DNA from: an uncultured Chloroflexia bacterium
GTDB taxonomy: Bacteria; Chloroflexota; Limnocylindria; Limnocylindrales; CSP1-4
Length of the DNA stretch: 64,000 nucleotides
Assembly: GCA_963819655.1 (NCBI GenBank)
Contig: CAWFXA010000001.1
Location: 320,001-384,000, forward strand
Reading direction: 5' to 3'
Part shown: in pieces, positions 25,516 to 34,595 of the stretch
How positions within the stretch are numbered: position 1 is the stretch's first letter
How the letters are laid out: each line of letters starts with the position of its first letter
Position numbers and translations under genes: made by a program
Notes under the pieces: generated by a model
What the model was told of the DNA's origin: nothing
The model's database searches: none
What the model saw: only the letters and a program-made list of their open reading frames with translations

Positions 25516-26502
25516 TCAGATCCGGCCGACGAGCTCCTGGCCCATGACATCGACCATGTCGAGGTCCCACGGGATGAAGTCCTGGAACATGATCCGCTCG
25601 ATGCCGGCTTCCGCGAAACGCTCGACCTGAGCGCGGGCGTCATCGGGCGTGCCGTAGATCCACCGGAGCCGACGCTCCTCGAGCCACGCCTCGCCGGTCT
25701 CGGCGTCGGCGCCGAAGGTATCGAGGAGTGTCCGCTCGCGGTCCTCGACCTCGGCCTGCGTGCGTCCGACGAGGATCCCCGCCATCGTCGAACGGGCCAG
25801 CGTCGACGGGTCGCGGCCGATCGCCCGGCACGCCTCGTCGAGTTTTACGCGGACCTCCGCCGCACGCGCTGGCGACGCTGAGCTGAGGTTGTACTCGTCC
25901 GCATAGCGGGCCGCCAACCTGAATGACCGCGGCGAGCCGCCACTGCCGACGATGATCCGCGGACGCCGCCCTCCGGCAGGCGTGGTGGGACGACCCTCCG
26001 TCTCGACCGGCCTCGGCCGGAAGAGCGCATCCCGGACGCGGATCCCGGTGATGCCCTCGAACGACCAACCGTCGGGCTCGCCCCACAGCCCGTGGAGGAT
26101 CGCGAGCTGGTCCTCGAGCATGTCCGCCCGTCGTTCGATGGGCGGGAAGTCGAGACCGAGCTGGCGGTGCTCCTCGTCGTTCCAGCCGGCGCCAACGCCG
26201 ACCTCGACGCGCCCGCCGCTCATCTCGTCGACGGTCGCGACGACCTTGGCGAACACGCCCGGATGGCGGAACGTCACCGGTGAGACCAGGGCGCCGAGGG
26301 TGATCCGCTCCGTCTCGCGCGCAAGCCCGGCGAGCACGGTCCACGCGTCCGTCGTCGGCTGACCCGACTCGCCCGGGAAGCTCGCAAAATGGTCCGAGCG
26401 GAAGAATGCATCGAAGCCGTTCGCTTCGGCGCGCCTCGCCGATGCGAGCTGGTCGGCGTAGCTCATCCCCTGCTGTGGCTCGAGCATCAGCGCGTATCGC
26501 AT
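25516..26502 (-). CDS. LLM class F420-dependent oxidoreductase (TIGR03560-like)
   Basis: EPQQG..Y, FFRSDH, TDAW..LAGLARET..I.LG.LVSPVTFRHPG, DEMSGGRVE.G.GAGW. Confidence 0.9.
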   Translation of the reverse strand: MRYALMLEPQQGMSYADQLASARRAEANGFDAFFRSDHFASFPGESGQPTTDAWTVLAGLARETERITLGALVSPVTFRHPGVFAKVVATVDEMSGGRVEVGVGAGWNDEEHRQLGLDFPPIERRADMLEDQLAILHGLWGEPDGWSFEGITGIRVRDALFRPRPVETEGRPTTPAGGRRPRIIVGSGGSPRSFRLAARYADEYNLSSASPARAAEVRVKLDEACRAIGRDPSTLARSTMAGILVGRTQAEVEDRERTLLDTFGADAETGEAWLEERRLRWIYGTPDDARAQVERFAEAGIERIMFQDFIPWDLDMVDVMGQELVGRI

Positions 26503-26520
26503 CGGGCACTCCTGCACTCG

Positions 26521-26564
26521 GCGTCAATCATTCCGCTTGACGCGATATTCCATTCGATTATAGT
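26521..26564 (+). promoter_or_regulatory. Sigma70-type promoter of marR with an overlapping inverted repeat
   Basis: TTGACG (26537-42), 16 nt, TATAGT (26559-64), 7 nt before GTG; palindrome GCGTCAA-N9-TTGACGC at 26521-26543. Confidence 0.65.
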
Positions 26565-26571
26565 AATTCAC

Positions 26572-27162
26572 GTGACACGAACTATCGCACCCCAGCGACC
26601 CACGCCGTCCGTGGCTCCCACGTCGTCGCGCGACCCGTACGCCCCCATCATCGCCGACTTCCAGGCAGCGATGACGATGATGAGGTGCGCGTCGAGCGAG
26701 CGGGTGCTCCGGCTCGGCATCAGCGTCGCCCAACTCCATATCCTGTACACGCTGAGGCGGAACGGCCAGATGCCGATGAGCCGCCTCGCCGAGGTGCTGA
26801 ACGTCTCCCTTTCGAATGCGACCGGTCTCATCGACCGGATCGAGGAGCGAGGATTCGTCGACCGCACGCGCGTCCCGGAGGACCGCCGGATCGTCCTGAT
26901 CCGGGTCACCGAGGCCGGCGAGCGGATGCTCACTGAGATCGACGCCCTGAGCGATGAGCTGCTGCGCTCGGTCCTCGGGCACCTCGATCGATCGAAGCTT
27001 GCGGGTGTCGGCCAGGCGGTCGCCGCGCTGCGCGACGCACTCGGTGTCGCGACCGGGAGCGAGGCGGCGGATCGCCACAGCGGCTCCATCCCCTCTCCAC
27101 GATCCTCGTCGACCCTCCGGGGTGTCGAGCGCCCGACCCAGACACACCCACAGAAGGACTGA
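26572..27162 (+). CDS. MarR family transcriptional regulator
   Basis: IS.AQLHIL..L, MSRLAE.L.VS.SNATGLIDRIEERG.V.R....DRR...I..T.AG. Confidence 0.9.
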   Translation: MTRTIAPQRPTPSVAPTSSRDPYAPIIADFQAAMTMMRCASSERVLRLGISVAQLHILYTLRRNGQMPMSRLAEVLNVSLSNATGLIDRIEERGFVDRTRVPEDRRIVLIRVTEAGERMLTEIDALSDELLRSVLGHLDRSKLAGVGQAVAALRDALGVATGSEAADRHSGSIPSPRSSSTLRGVERPTQTHPQKD

Positions 27163-27166
27163 CCTC

Positions 27167-28852
27167 ATGGAATCTTTCCCCGACGCGAACGGGCGAGGGC
27201 CCACGCTCGCCGAGGACCCGGCACTCGGGCTGAGCCACCGCGCGAAGATGGAGATCCTCTTCGCAGTCTTGCTCGGTCTGTTCCTGGGTGCACTCGATCA
27301 GACGATCGTCGGCCCCGCGCTCCCGACGGTCGTGACCGAACTCTCCGGCAACGACCTCTATGTCTGGGCCGTGACGATCTACCTGCTCACGAGCACGATC
27401 AGCGTCCCGTTCTGGGGCAAGCTGTCCGATCTGTATGGGCGCAAGCCGATCTTCATGATCGGCATCAGCATCTTCCTCGTCGGCTCTGCCCTGTCCGGCC
27501 TGAGCCAGAACATGGAGATGCTCATCGTGTTCCGCGGGCTGCAGGGCATCGGCGCCGGCTCGCTGTTCCCGGTCGCATTGGCAGTCATCGGTGACCTGTT
27601 CACTCCGGCCGAACGTGGCAAGTACCAGGGCCTGTTCGGAGCCGTCTTCGGCATCGCCTTCATCGTCGGCCCGCTGGTCGGCGGCTTCCTCACCGAACAG
27701 ATCAGCTGGCATTGGATCTTCTACGTCAACATCCCGATCGGCCTGGTCTCATTGTTCTTCATCAATCGGCTGCTGCCGACCGTGAAGAACCCACGGGCGA
27801 CGCGGAACTTCGATGTCCTCGGTGGCGTGATCTTCACCGTCGCGATCTCGTTCCTGCTCGTCGGGTTGACGAACAAGCAGTTCGGCGAGTGGACTGACAC
27901 GACGGTCGGTGGATTCATCCTCGTGGGTCTGATCGGCACGGTCCTGTTCGTCCTCGCAGAAGCGCGGGCCAAGGAGCCGATCATCCCACTCAGCCTGTTC
28001 AGGATCCGGACCTACACGACGTCGATGATCGCGACGTTCTTCGCCAGCTTCGCGTTCTTCGGGGCGATCATCTTCCTGCCGCGCTGGTTCCAGATCGTCG
28101 AGGGTTTCAGCCCGACGAACTCCGGTCTCGCGGCACTGCCGCTGATGGTCGGACTGATCGCCAGCTCGATCGGCTCGGGCCTGATCGTGGCGCGGACCGG
28201 TCGCTACAAGTGGCTCCTCGTCGGAGCGATCGTCCTGATGGGCGTGTCGAGTGCGCTGATGACGCAATTGACGGCGACGACTCCGCTCGCGCTGGTCTGG
28301 TTCTGGATGTTCCTGTCCGGCCTCGGCGTCGGCCCGACGTTCTCGGTCTTCACGATCGTCGTGCAGAACGCCGTGCCCTTCCACGAGCTCGGCGTCGCGA
28401 CCAGCAACCTGACGTTCTTCCGCCAGATCGGCGGCACGGTCGCGCTCGCCATCGTGGGCACCATCTTCGGGACCACGTTCACGGAGCAGATGGCGCCGCA
28501 ACTCGCCGCCGCTGGCGTGCCTGCCCAGGTGGTCCAGGGCTTCACCCAGGCCAGCAATAGTGGTCAGCTGGACTTCAACCAGCTGACGGGCGTCGGTGAT
28601 CTCGGCGCGACGATCCTGGCCAGCATCCCGGCCGAGGCCAGGCCGTTCATCGAGCCGTACATCGCCAACATCGTGGCCGGCATCCATCAGGCGTTCAGCC
28701 TGGGCGTCGCACAGACGTTCTGGATCGGCGTCGCGGCGGCGATCGTCGCGGCCCTGGCGGCCGCCGGGATGCAGGAGCTGAGGCTCCGTACGTCAGCGGC
28801 GCCCGCTCCTGAGGCACGGCCTCGACTCACGAGTGCACCGGCGGCCGACTGA
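27167..28852 (+). CDS. DHA2 (EmrB/QacA) MFS efflux transporter
   Basis: LD.TIV.PALP, GKLSDLYGRK, FRGLQGIGAG, ERGKYQG, GPL.GG.LT...SW.WIFY.NIP.G. Confidence 0.92.
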   Translation: MESFPDANGRGPTLAEDPALGLSHRAKMEILFAVLLGLFLGALDQTIVGPALPTVVTELSGNDLYVWAVTIYLLTSTISVPFWGKLSDLYGRKPIFMIGISIFLVGSALSGLSQNMEMLIVFRGLQGIGAGSLFPVALAVIGDLFTPAERGKYQGLFGAVFGIAFIVGPLVGGFLTEQISWHWIFYVNIPIGLVSLFFINRLLPTVKNPRATRNFDVLGGVIFTVAISFLLVGLTNKQFGEWTDTTVGGFILVGLIGTVLFVLAEARAKEPIIPLSLFRIRTYTTSMIATFFASFAFFGAIIFLPRWFQIVEGFSPTNSGLAALPLMVGLIASSIGSGLIVARTGRYKWLLVGAIVLMGVSSALMTQLTATTPLALVWFWMFLSGLGVGPTFSVFTIVVQNAVPFHELGVATSNLTFFRQIGGTVALAIVGTIFGTTFTEQMAPQLAAAGVPAQVVQGFTQASNSGQLDFNQLTGVGDLGATILASIPAEARPFIEPYIANIVAGIHQAFSLGVAQTFWIGVAAAIVAALAAAGMQELRLRTSAAPAPEARPRLTSAPAAD

Positions 28853-28872
28853 CCTCGCACCGCTCCTCCTCC

Positions 28873-28910
28873 ACGCCCCCGGTGGTTTCGCCGCCGGGGG
28901 CGTTCCTCGT
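28873..28910 (+). terminator. Intrinsic terminator-like hairpin after the MFS gene
   Basis: ACGCCCCCGGTGG-TTTCG-CCGCCGGGGGCGT followed by TCCTCGTT. Confidence 0.6.
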
Positions 28911-28930
28911 TCCCGGCTAGGATTCGCTCG

Positions 28931-29422
28931 ATGCCTCCGGTCCCCGCTCCGTTCCCCGCTCCGTTCCCGCCCCGGCTCCAGGCGGTCGGGACCGTCGACG
29001 CGCCCTATCGGCCGATGCTCGATGTCGCCGACCTGCCCGAGGGCTCGATGCGCCGAGTGACGGTCGGCGAGCTCGACGTGCTGCTGGCCCACACCGAACG
29101 CGGGGTCTTCGCGACCGACGATCGCTGCCCTCACATGTCCGCGCCGCTATCGATCGGCGAGCTCGACGGTTGCATCGTCGCCTGCCCACTCCACGACGGT
29201 CGGTTCGACCTCGTGAGCGGCGACACCGCGCAGATGCCGACCACGGGTGGACTCGATGCGGACGGGGTCTACCACCCGACCTGGTCACCGGCCGGAAGGG
29301 ACCCCAAGGTCGACCCGCCCGGCAAGAAGGCTGAGGCTCGCCGGCTCACGCGCGTCCGTCGGTTTCGCTACTACCCGGTGCGGGTGGTGGATGGGGTCAT
29401 CGAGGTGGCGCTGCCGGTCTAG
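28931..29422 (+). CDS. Rieske [2Fe-2S] ferredoxin
   Basis: CPH...CPLH Rieske ligands; FD..SG; C-terminal YPV.V.DG. Confidence 0.85.
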   Translation: MPPVPAPFPAPFPPRLQAVGTVDAPYRPMLDVADLPEGSMRRVTVGELDVLLAHTERGVFATDDRCPHMSAPLSIGELDGCIVACPLHDGRFDLVSGDTAQMPTTGGLDADGVYHPTWSPAGRDPKVDPPGKKAEARRLTRVRRFRYYPVRVVDGVIEVALPV

Positions 29423-29451
29423 GCGCCCCGCCCCGGACGAAGGCCGCGGCC

Positions 29452-29576
29452 GGTGTCAGTCTCAGTTGCAGATCCCGAATGAATGAGCACGGGCCAGATA
29501 CCGAGACTGCAGGTCGCTGCGATCTGGGCGATCGATCGTGCACGGCTGTGCGAAATGTGCATCTGGGGCTGACACC
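29452..29576. repeat. Intergenic long-hairpin element with 19-bp terminal inverted repeats
   Basis: GGTGTCAGTCTCAGTTGCA ... TGCATCTGGGGCTGACACC (16/19 complementary), plus inner pairing CCAGAT/ATCTGG. Confidence 0.6.
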
Positions 29577-29649
29577 CCGGATCGAAAAGACCGGGACAGG
29601 CCCTCCGACTGGGGAGGCGGACAGGACCCGCCGTCCCGGCCCGCGGAGC

Positions 29650-30456
29650 CTAACTCTCCCCCTGCTCCACGTTCGTCGGCGGCTCGACCGCAGCGGCCGC
29701 CGCCCGGTGCCTCTCCTTGTACGTCCCGATGATCGTCACAGCCTCCTCGGGGTCATCGGTAAGCCGGAGCAGGTCGACGTCCTCGGGGTCGATCGCCGCC
29801 TCCTCGAGGAGCGAGCCGCGGATCCAGTCGATCATGCCGGTCCAGTAGTCGGTGCCCATGAGGATCACCGGGAAGTCCTGGACCTTCTTGGTCTGGATCA
29901 GCGTCAGCGCCTCGAACAGCTCATCGAGCGTCCCGTAGCCGCCCGGGAAGATCACGAACGCATCGGCGTACTTCACGAACATGACCTTGCGCGCGAAGAA
30001 GTAGCGGAATTCGACGCCGAGATCGACGTATGCGTTGAGCCCCTGCTCCATCGGCAGCTCGATGTTGCACCCGACCGACAGACCTCCGCCGTCCTGGCAG
30101 CCGCGATTGGCGGCCTCCATGATCCCGGGCCCGCCGCCGGTGATGACCGCGTAACCGGCCTTGGCGAGCCGCCGACCGAGCTCGCGCGCCTGGCTGTAGT
30201 AGCGATGGTCCGGCTTGGTCCGCGCGGATCCGAAGACGCTGACCGCCGGACCGACCCCGGCCAGCGCATCGAACCCGTCGACGAACTCGGACAGGATCCG
30301 CAGGGAGCGCCACGGGTCCGAGTCGAGAAACTCGGGGCGAGTCGGCCGCTCGAGAAGGGCTTCGTCCTCGGTGCGCGCCATCCTGCCGGCGAGGTGCGAC
30401 GCTTCAGGGCGGATCGTCAGGCGGCCGCTCCGGCGGCGATCGGGCTTGTCGGTCAC
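29650..30456 (-). CDS. LOG family protein (TIGR00730 Rossmann fold)
   Basis: VSVFGSAR, ITGGGPGIMEAAN.G, FRYFF.RKVMF.KY, FPGGYGTLDELFE. Confidence 0.92.
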   Translation of the reverse strand: MTDKPDRRRSGRLTIRPEASHLAGRMARTEDEALLERPTRPEFLDSDPWRSLRILSEFVDGFDALAGVGPAVSVFGSARTKPDHRYYSQARELGRRLAKAGYAVITGGGPGIMEAANRGCQDGGGLSVGCNIELPMEQGLNAYVDLGVEFRYFFARKVMFVKYADAFVIFPGGYGTLDELFEALTLIQTKKVQDFPVILMGTDYWTGMIDWIRGSLLEEAAIDPEDVDLLRLTDDPEEAVTIIGTYKERHRAAAAAVEPPTNVEQGES

Positions 30457-30498
30457 GATAGGAAGGATGCCACTCGACGACATGCATGAGAGGCCACG

Positions 30499-30684
30499 AT
30501 GCGCAGCCGACTGATCGCAGGGATCTTGCTCGCGCTGGTCGGGGCGGTATGGATCGGCCAGGGCCTCGGCCTGCTGCGCGGCTCCAGCTTCATGGTCGAT
30601 GACATTCGCTGGGCCGTGTTGGGAGCCGTGGTGCTGGTCGCCGGCGTCGTGCTCATCGTTGCCGCACGACGCCGACGGACCTGA
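30499..30684 (+). CDS. Small two-TM membrane protein
   Basis: G.VWI.QG.G.L.GS.FM....W...G motif, two hydrophobic helices, GAGG RBS. Confidence 0.7.
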   Translation: MRSRLIAGILLALVGAVWIGQGLGLLRGSSFMVDDIRWAVLGAVVLVAGVVLIVAARRRRT

Positions 30685-30697
30685 CCAGCGTCTGCGG

Positions 30698-32059
30698 CTA
30701 GGACAGGGTCATCGCCACGATGTCGGACCCTGGCTCGTCGTCCACCCACGTGCTGCCCACCAGCAGGAAGTGGCCATTGGTGGAGTCCTGGCGAAGAGTG
30801 ACCTCATCCAGGCGAGCGGTCCGTGGGACGCGCTCATTCGTCCAGAGGCCGCCGGCGTCCCTGACAAAGTGGCGGATCGAGCTGCGATCCTTGAAGACCA
30901 CGTGCACGGTCCCGTTGTCGAGATCCACTACCAGGGAGGCTGGGGCGATGTGGCTTGCCAGCCGCTTGACCTGCCAGGATCCGCCGGAATCCGTCGCGAA
31001 ATAGGTCCCGGGCCTGGGCATCGGTCGTTCTGTGTCGGCACAACCCCCGCCCGATGGCTGATGGGCCGCCCATGAGACATAGGCCTTGTTGTCCGGACCG
31101 AGAACCAGGTTCGGCCACGAGACCTGCATGCTGCGGCCGTCGAACACGGTTCGGGTCGAGAGTCGGCCATCCGCCCGCACGACGGCAAAGCGGAGCTTGT
31201 TGCCCGTCGAGAACGCGATCCGAGCGAGGCCATCGTCCCCGATCCGCAGCGATGTTTCGACCGCGCCCGGGATCGGCACCGAGCGGAAACGCGCGCCGGT
31301 CAGCCGGCCGTATGAGACGGGTCCCTGGCCATCCTCGGACACGAACGTCTCGTGGATCACGCCGTCCACGACGCGGAATGATTGCAAGCGGTCGCCGATG
31401 GCACCGATCCGCACGGGTGCCGACCAGGCGCCGTCGGGGAGCCGACGCGTTCGGTAGTACACGCCGACATCGGCGAGCCCATCGTCACCGCAGCCCCCGT
31501 CGGTCGGCCGGAGCCGGGTGAACGCCACATAGAGCGTCGATCCGTCCACCGCGACCTGGGGATCGACCTCGAAGCGGCGGGCCGGATGCCTGAGCGTCGT
31601 GGCGACCCAGGTTCGACCATCCTTCGACGTCGCGTAACGGATACCCATGCCACATCGGGCGACGACGTGGAAGCTGCCGGCACCATCGATGGTCGCGACG
31701 GGCGCCCAGCACGAACCATCGATGACCGTGCGGGCCTTGGACCACACGGCCGGCTTGACCACGGCTGGCGGCTTGGGAGTCGGTTTCGGCACAGGGTCCG
31801 CGACGACCGGCGCGGACGGCCCCGCGCTGCCGGGTGGTTCCGGCGACGGCTCCGGATCGACCGCTGCCGTCGAGGGCGACGGGACGCCGGGCGATGGGAG
31901 GGGAGGCGTTGCGTCGGGCGCCGACCCGCGGCCTGCGACGGCCGTCTGGCCGCCGCAGGCCGCAGTCATGACGACCGCCAGAAGGAGCAAGGTCGCCCGC
32001 GATGGAGCGAGTGCGTGAGACACGATGACCACCAGTCGTTGTCGGGTGGTCGACGCCAT
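30698..32059 (-). CDS. Secreted/lipoprotein beta-propeller-like hypothetical protein
   Basis: Lipobox TAAC, Pro-rich linker, repeated ..G.W motifs, Asp-box-like TSKDGRTW, two GGC loops. Confidence 0.6.
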   Translation of the reverse strand: MASTTRQRLVVIVSHALAPSRATLLLLAVVMTAACGGQTAVAGRGSAPDATPPLPSPGVPSPSTAAVDPEPSPEPPGSAGPSAPVVADPVPKPTPKPPAVVKPAVWSKARTVIDGSCWAPVATIDGAGSFHVVARCGMGIRYATSKDGRTWVATTLRHPARRFEVDPQVAVDGSTLYVAFTRLRPTDGGCGDDGLADVGVYYRTRRLPDGAWSAPVRIGAIGDRLQSFRVVDGVIHETFVSEDGQGPVSYGRLTGARFRSVPIPGAVETSLRIGDDGLARIAFSTGNKLRFAVVRADGRLSTRTVFDGRSMQVSWPNLVLGPDNKAYVSWAAHQPSGGGCADTERPMPRPGTYFATDSGGSWQVKRLASHIAPASLVVDLDNGTVHVVFKDRSSIRHFVRDAGGLWTNERVPRTARLDEVTLRQDSTNGHFLLVGSTWVDDEPGSDIVAMTLS

Positions 32060-32113
32060 CGCCGACCTGGTGGAGAAACGCGCATGCCCGGCGTCCTGTT
32101 GCGCCGGTGTCGG

Positions 32114-32512
32114 TCAGTTGACAGCCGACTCGGACAGCCACGCCTTCCACACCGATTCCGCCCTGCCCGAGGTCACCTCGTTGCCGTGCCGGACCAGCGG
32201 CAGGCGGAGCAGGCGGACGTCCACGAGAAGACGCTCGACGATCGCGGCATCGTCCATCGACAGGTAGGCCAGACCACCATCCCGATAGGCCCTGGATCCC
32301 TCGTCGATCAGGGCACGAGCGCCCAACCGGTCGACGAAGCGGCGCAGCTCGGCAGGTGCGATCCGTCGCTTGCGCAGGTCGACGAAGGACACGACGATGC
32401 GCCGCTCGCGGAAGAACCGTTGTGCGGCACGCGTCCCCGGATCGTTGTCGAGCCCGAAGACCTGGATGTCCGGCATCTTCCGTGTCGGCGTCCGCCCGAG
32501 GGGTGCAGGCAT
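32114..32512 (-). CDS. ArsC/Spx/YffB family protein lacking the redox cysteine
   Basis: IQVFG....TR.A.RFF.ER, FVDL, EL..F, LL.LP.VR; no Cys in the sequence. Confidence 0.75.
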   Translation of the reverse strand: MPAPLGRTPTRKMPDIQVFGLDNDPGTRAAQRFFRERRIVVSFVDLRKRRIAPAELRRFVDRLGARALIDEGSRAYRDGGLAYLSMDDAAIVERLLVDVRLLRLPLVRHGNEVTSGRAESVWKAWLSESAVN

Positions 32513-32574
32513 GGCCGCGAGCGTATCGCACCGTCGCGACCGGGTACCATCGACCGACCACAGGAGGTGTCCGC

Positions 32575-32862
32575 GTGACGGTCTGGTTCACGGTCCAGCT
32601 CGCCGATCAGCCCGGCTCGCTCGCGCGTGTCGCGGTCGCGCTCGCGGAACGCAACGTGAACATCACCGGGATCGTGGGCGTGGCCGAGGACACCGACGGG
32701 GCGTTGATGCTGACGACATCAGATGCCGCCGCCACCCGGTCGGCCTTCGAGAGCCTGGGTCTGGCCTTCGAGGAGCACGATCCGGGCGGCGACGTCCAGC
32801 CGGAGTCGATGACCGTGGGCGACCTGCGACCCGGGGCCGCCGGACGCGGCTCGCTCGGCTGA
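32575..32862 (+). CDS. ACT domain protein
   Basis: L.DQPG.LARV..ALA..NVNI; GGAGG RBS. Confidence 0.8.
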   Translation: MTVWFTVQLADQPGSLARVAVALAERNVNITGIVGVAEDTDGALMLTTSDAAATRSAFESLGLAFEEHDPGGDVQPESMTVGDLRPGAAGRGSLG

Positions 32863-32879
32863 CCCGCGACGACCGCGCG

Positions 32880-33557
32880 ATGCCCCGACGCCAGGTCGCG
32901 CCGACCGCCGCGATCCGGTTCGACATCGTCGATGGGCCGGACTCGACGGTGACGGTCGGAGGCGCCGTGTCGGCGATCGGCGGCCGAATCCGGACCCTGG
33001 CGACGGTCCGCCCGATCGAGAGTGACCCGCCGCAGGTCGAGATCGAGCTCGAGGTCGAAGGCGTCACCGAGGATGCGTTGGTCGAGGCCTTCGACGACTT
33101 GCCTCAGATCCGCGCCATCCACCGGACGCGCGCGCTCGGCACGGTCTTCGGCAAGCGCATCATCGTCGTCGGCGGAGGCGCACAGGTCGCCCAGGTCGCG
33201 CTCGGTGCTGTTAGCGAGGCGGACCGCCACAACCTGCGCGGGGAGCGGATCTCGGTCGACACGATCCCGTTGGTCGGCGAGGCGGACATCGCGGCCGCGG
33301 TCCGGGCCGTAGCCGACCTGCCGCGGGCCCGGCTTCTTGTCCTTGCCGGCTCGATCATGGGCGGCGACATCAGCGCGGCGGCCGACGAGCTGCGCGCGGT
33401 CGGCATCCCGATCATCGCGCTGAACATGGTCGGCTCGATCACGGATCACGTGGATCTCGTGGTGTCCGACCCGGTCCAGGCCGGGACGATGGCGGTCATG
33501 GCTGTGGCCGATACCGCGACGTTCGACCTCGAACGCCAGCGCGGCCGGCGCTACTGA
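32880..33557 (+). CDS. DUF5612/COG2150-like ACT-associated regulator (archaeal type)
   Basis: FGKRII..GGGAQV.QVA.GA.SEADRHN.RGERISVDTIPLVGE, LAGS.MGG.I, DP.QAG.MAVM. Confidence 0.8.
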   Translation: MPRRQVAPTAAIRFDIVDGPDSTVTVGGAVSAIGGRIRTLATVRPIESDPPQVEIELEVEGVTEDALVEAFDDLPQIRAIHRTRALGTVFGKRIIVVGGGAQVAQVALGAVSEADRHNLRGERISVDTIPLVGEADIAAAVRAVADLPRARLLVLAGSIMGGDISAAADELRAVGIPIIALNMVGSITDHVDLVVSDPVQAGTMAVMAVADTATFDLERQRGRRY

Positions 33558-33565
33558 GGACTGGG

Positions 33566-34516
33566 ATGCGGATCGCGACCTGGAACGTCAACTCGCTGAA
33601 GGCCCGCCAGGAGGCCGTCGACAAGTGGCTGGAGCGCGCCGAACCGGACATCCTCCTCATGCAGGAGACCAAGCTGTCCGATGAGGACGCCCCGCTGATG
33701 CAGTTCCAGATGGCCGGCTACGACCTGCTGCATCACGGCGAGGGTCGCTGGAACGGCGTCGCGATCGCCGCGCGCGAGGGTCTGACCTTCGATGACGTGG
33801 TGACCAACTTCGGCGACGGGCCCGTTCGCGACAGCGGTGCCGGCGCGGGCGGTCTCCAGGAAGACGACTTCGACCCGTTCGACGAGGCCCGGATGCTGAC
33901 CGCGGTCTCGAATGGGGTCCGCTTCGTCTGCCTGTATGCCCCGAACGGTCGGGTCGTCGGCAGCCCGTTCTATGAGGGCAAGCTGCGCTGGTTCGAGCGA
34001 GTTCGCCGATGGCTGGACGAGACGCGGTCGCCCGATGAGGCGCTCGTGCTTGCCGGTGACTACAACGTGACGCCGGCCGACGAGGACGTGTGGGATCCGG
34101 TCAAGGCACACGGTGGGACACATGTGTCGGAGCCGGAGCGAGAGGCGCTCGCCACGCTGCGCGAGTGGGGCCTCACGGATGCGTACCGGCTCCAGGAGCA
34201 ACGCGGCGGCCGCTTCAGTTGGTGGGATTACCGGGCGGGGATGTTCCATCGCAACGAGGGGATGCGCATCGACCTGCTGTACGTGACCGAGTCGGTCGCG
34301 AGCCGGGTCGAGTGGGCGGAGATCGATCGCGAGGCGCGCAAGGGGCCGCCCGTCCCGTCCGATCACGCTCCGGTGGTGGTCGATCTCGACGCTCCCGGGA
34401 AGGCGTTCGACGCGGGCTGGGATGAGGCCCTTGCCCGGATCCAGGCCCGGACCAGACCCGGTGGCCGGAAGAGTCCAGCCCAGGTGCGCTACGAGGAAGA
34501 GCGACGACCACGCTGA
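33566..34516 (+). CDS. xth: Exodeoxyribonuclease III
   Basis: MRIATWNVNS, QETK, NGVAI, YAPNG, GDYN, FSWWDYR, RID, SDHAPV. Confidence 0.93.
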   Translation: MRIATWNVNSLKARQEAVDKWLERAEPDILLMQETKLSDEDAPLMQFQMAGYDLLHHGEGRWNGVAIAAREGLTFDDVVTNFGDGPVRDSGAGAGGLQEDDFDPFDEARMLTAVSNGVRFVCLYAPNGRVVGSPFYEGKLRWFERVRRWLDETRSPDEALVLAGDYNVTPADEDVWDPVKAHGGTHVSEPEREALATLREWGLTDAYRLQEQRGGRFSWWDYRAGMFHRNEGMRIDLLYVTESVASRVEWAEIDREARKGPPVPSDHAPVVVDLDAPGKAFDAGWDEALARIQARTRPGGRKSPAQVRYEEERRPR

Positions 34517-34595
34517 GGCGGCAGGCACCGCCCCGTTGCGGTGGCCGAAACGGCGTGCGCCGAGTCCCACGGGCCGAACGTAGGCTCGCCCCCGG

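Noticed and set aside
28935-28975. Short repeat CCGTTCCCCGCT at the start of the Rieske gene
   Set aside because: Encodes a PAPF-PAPF peptide repeat; too short to suggest phase variation or an array
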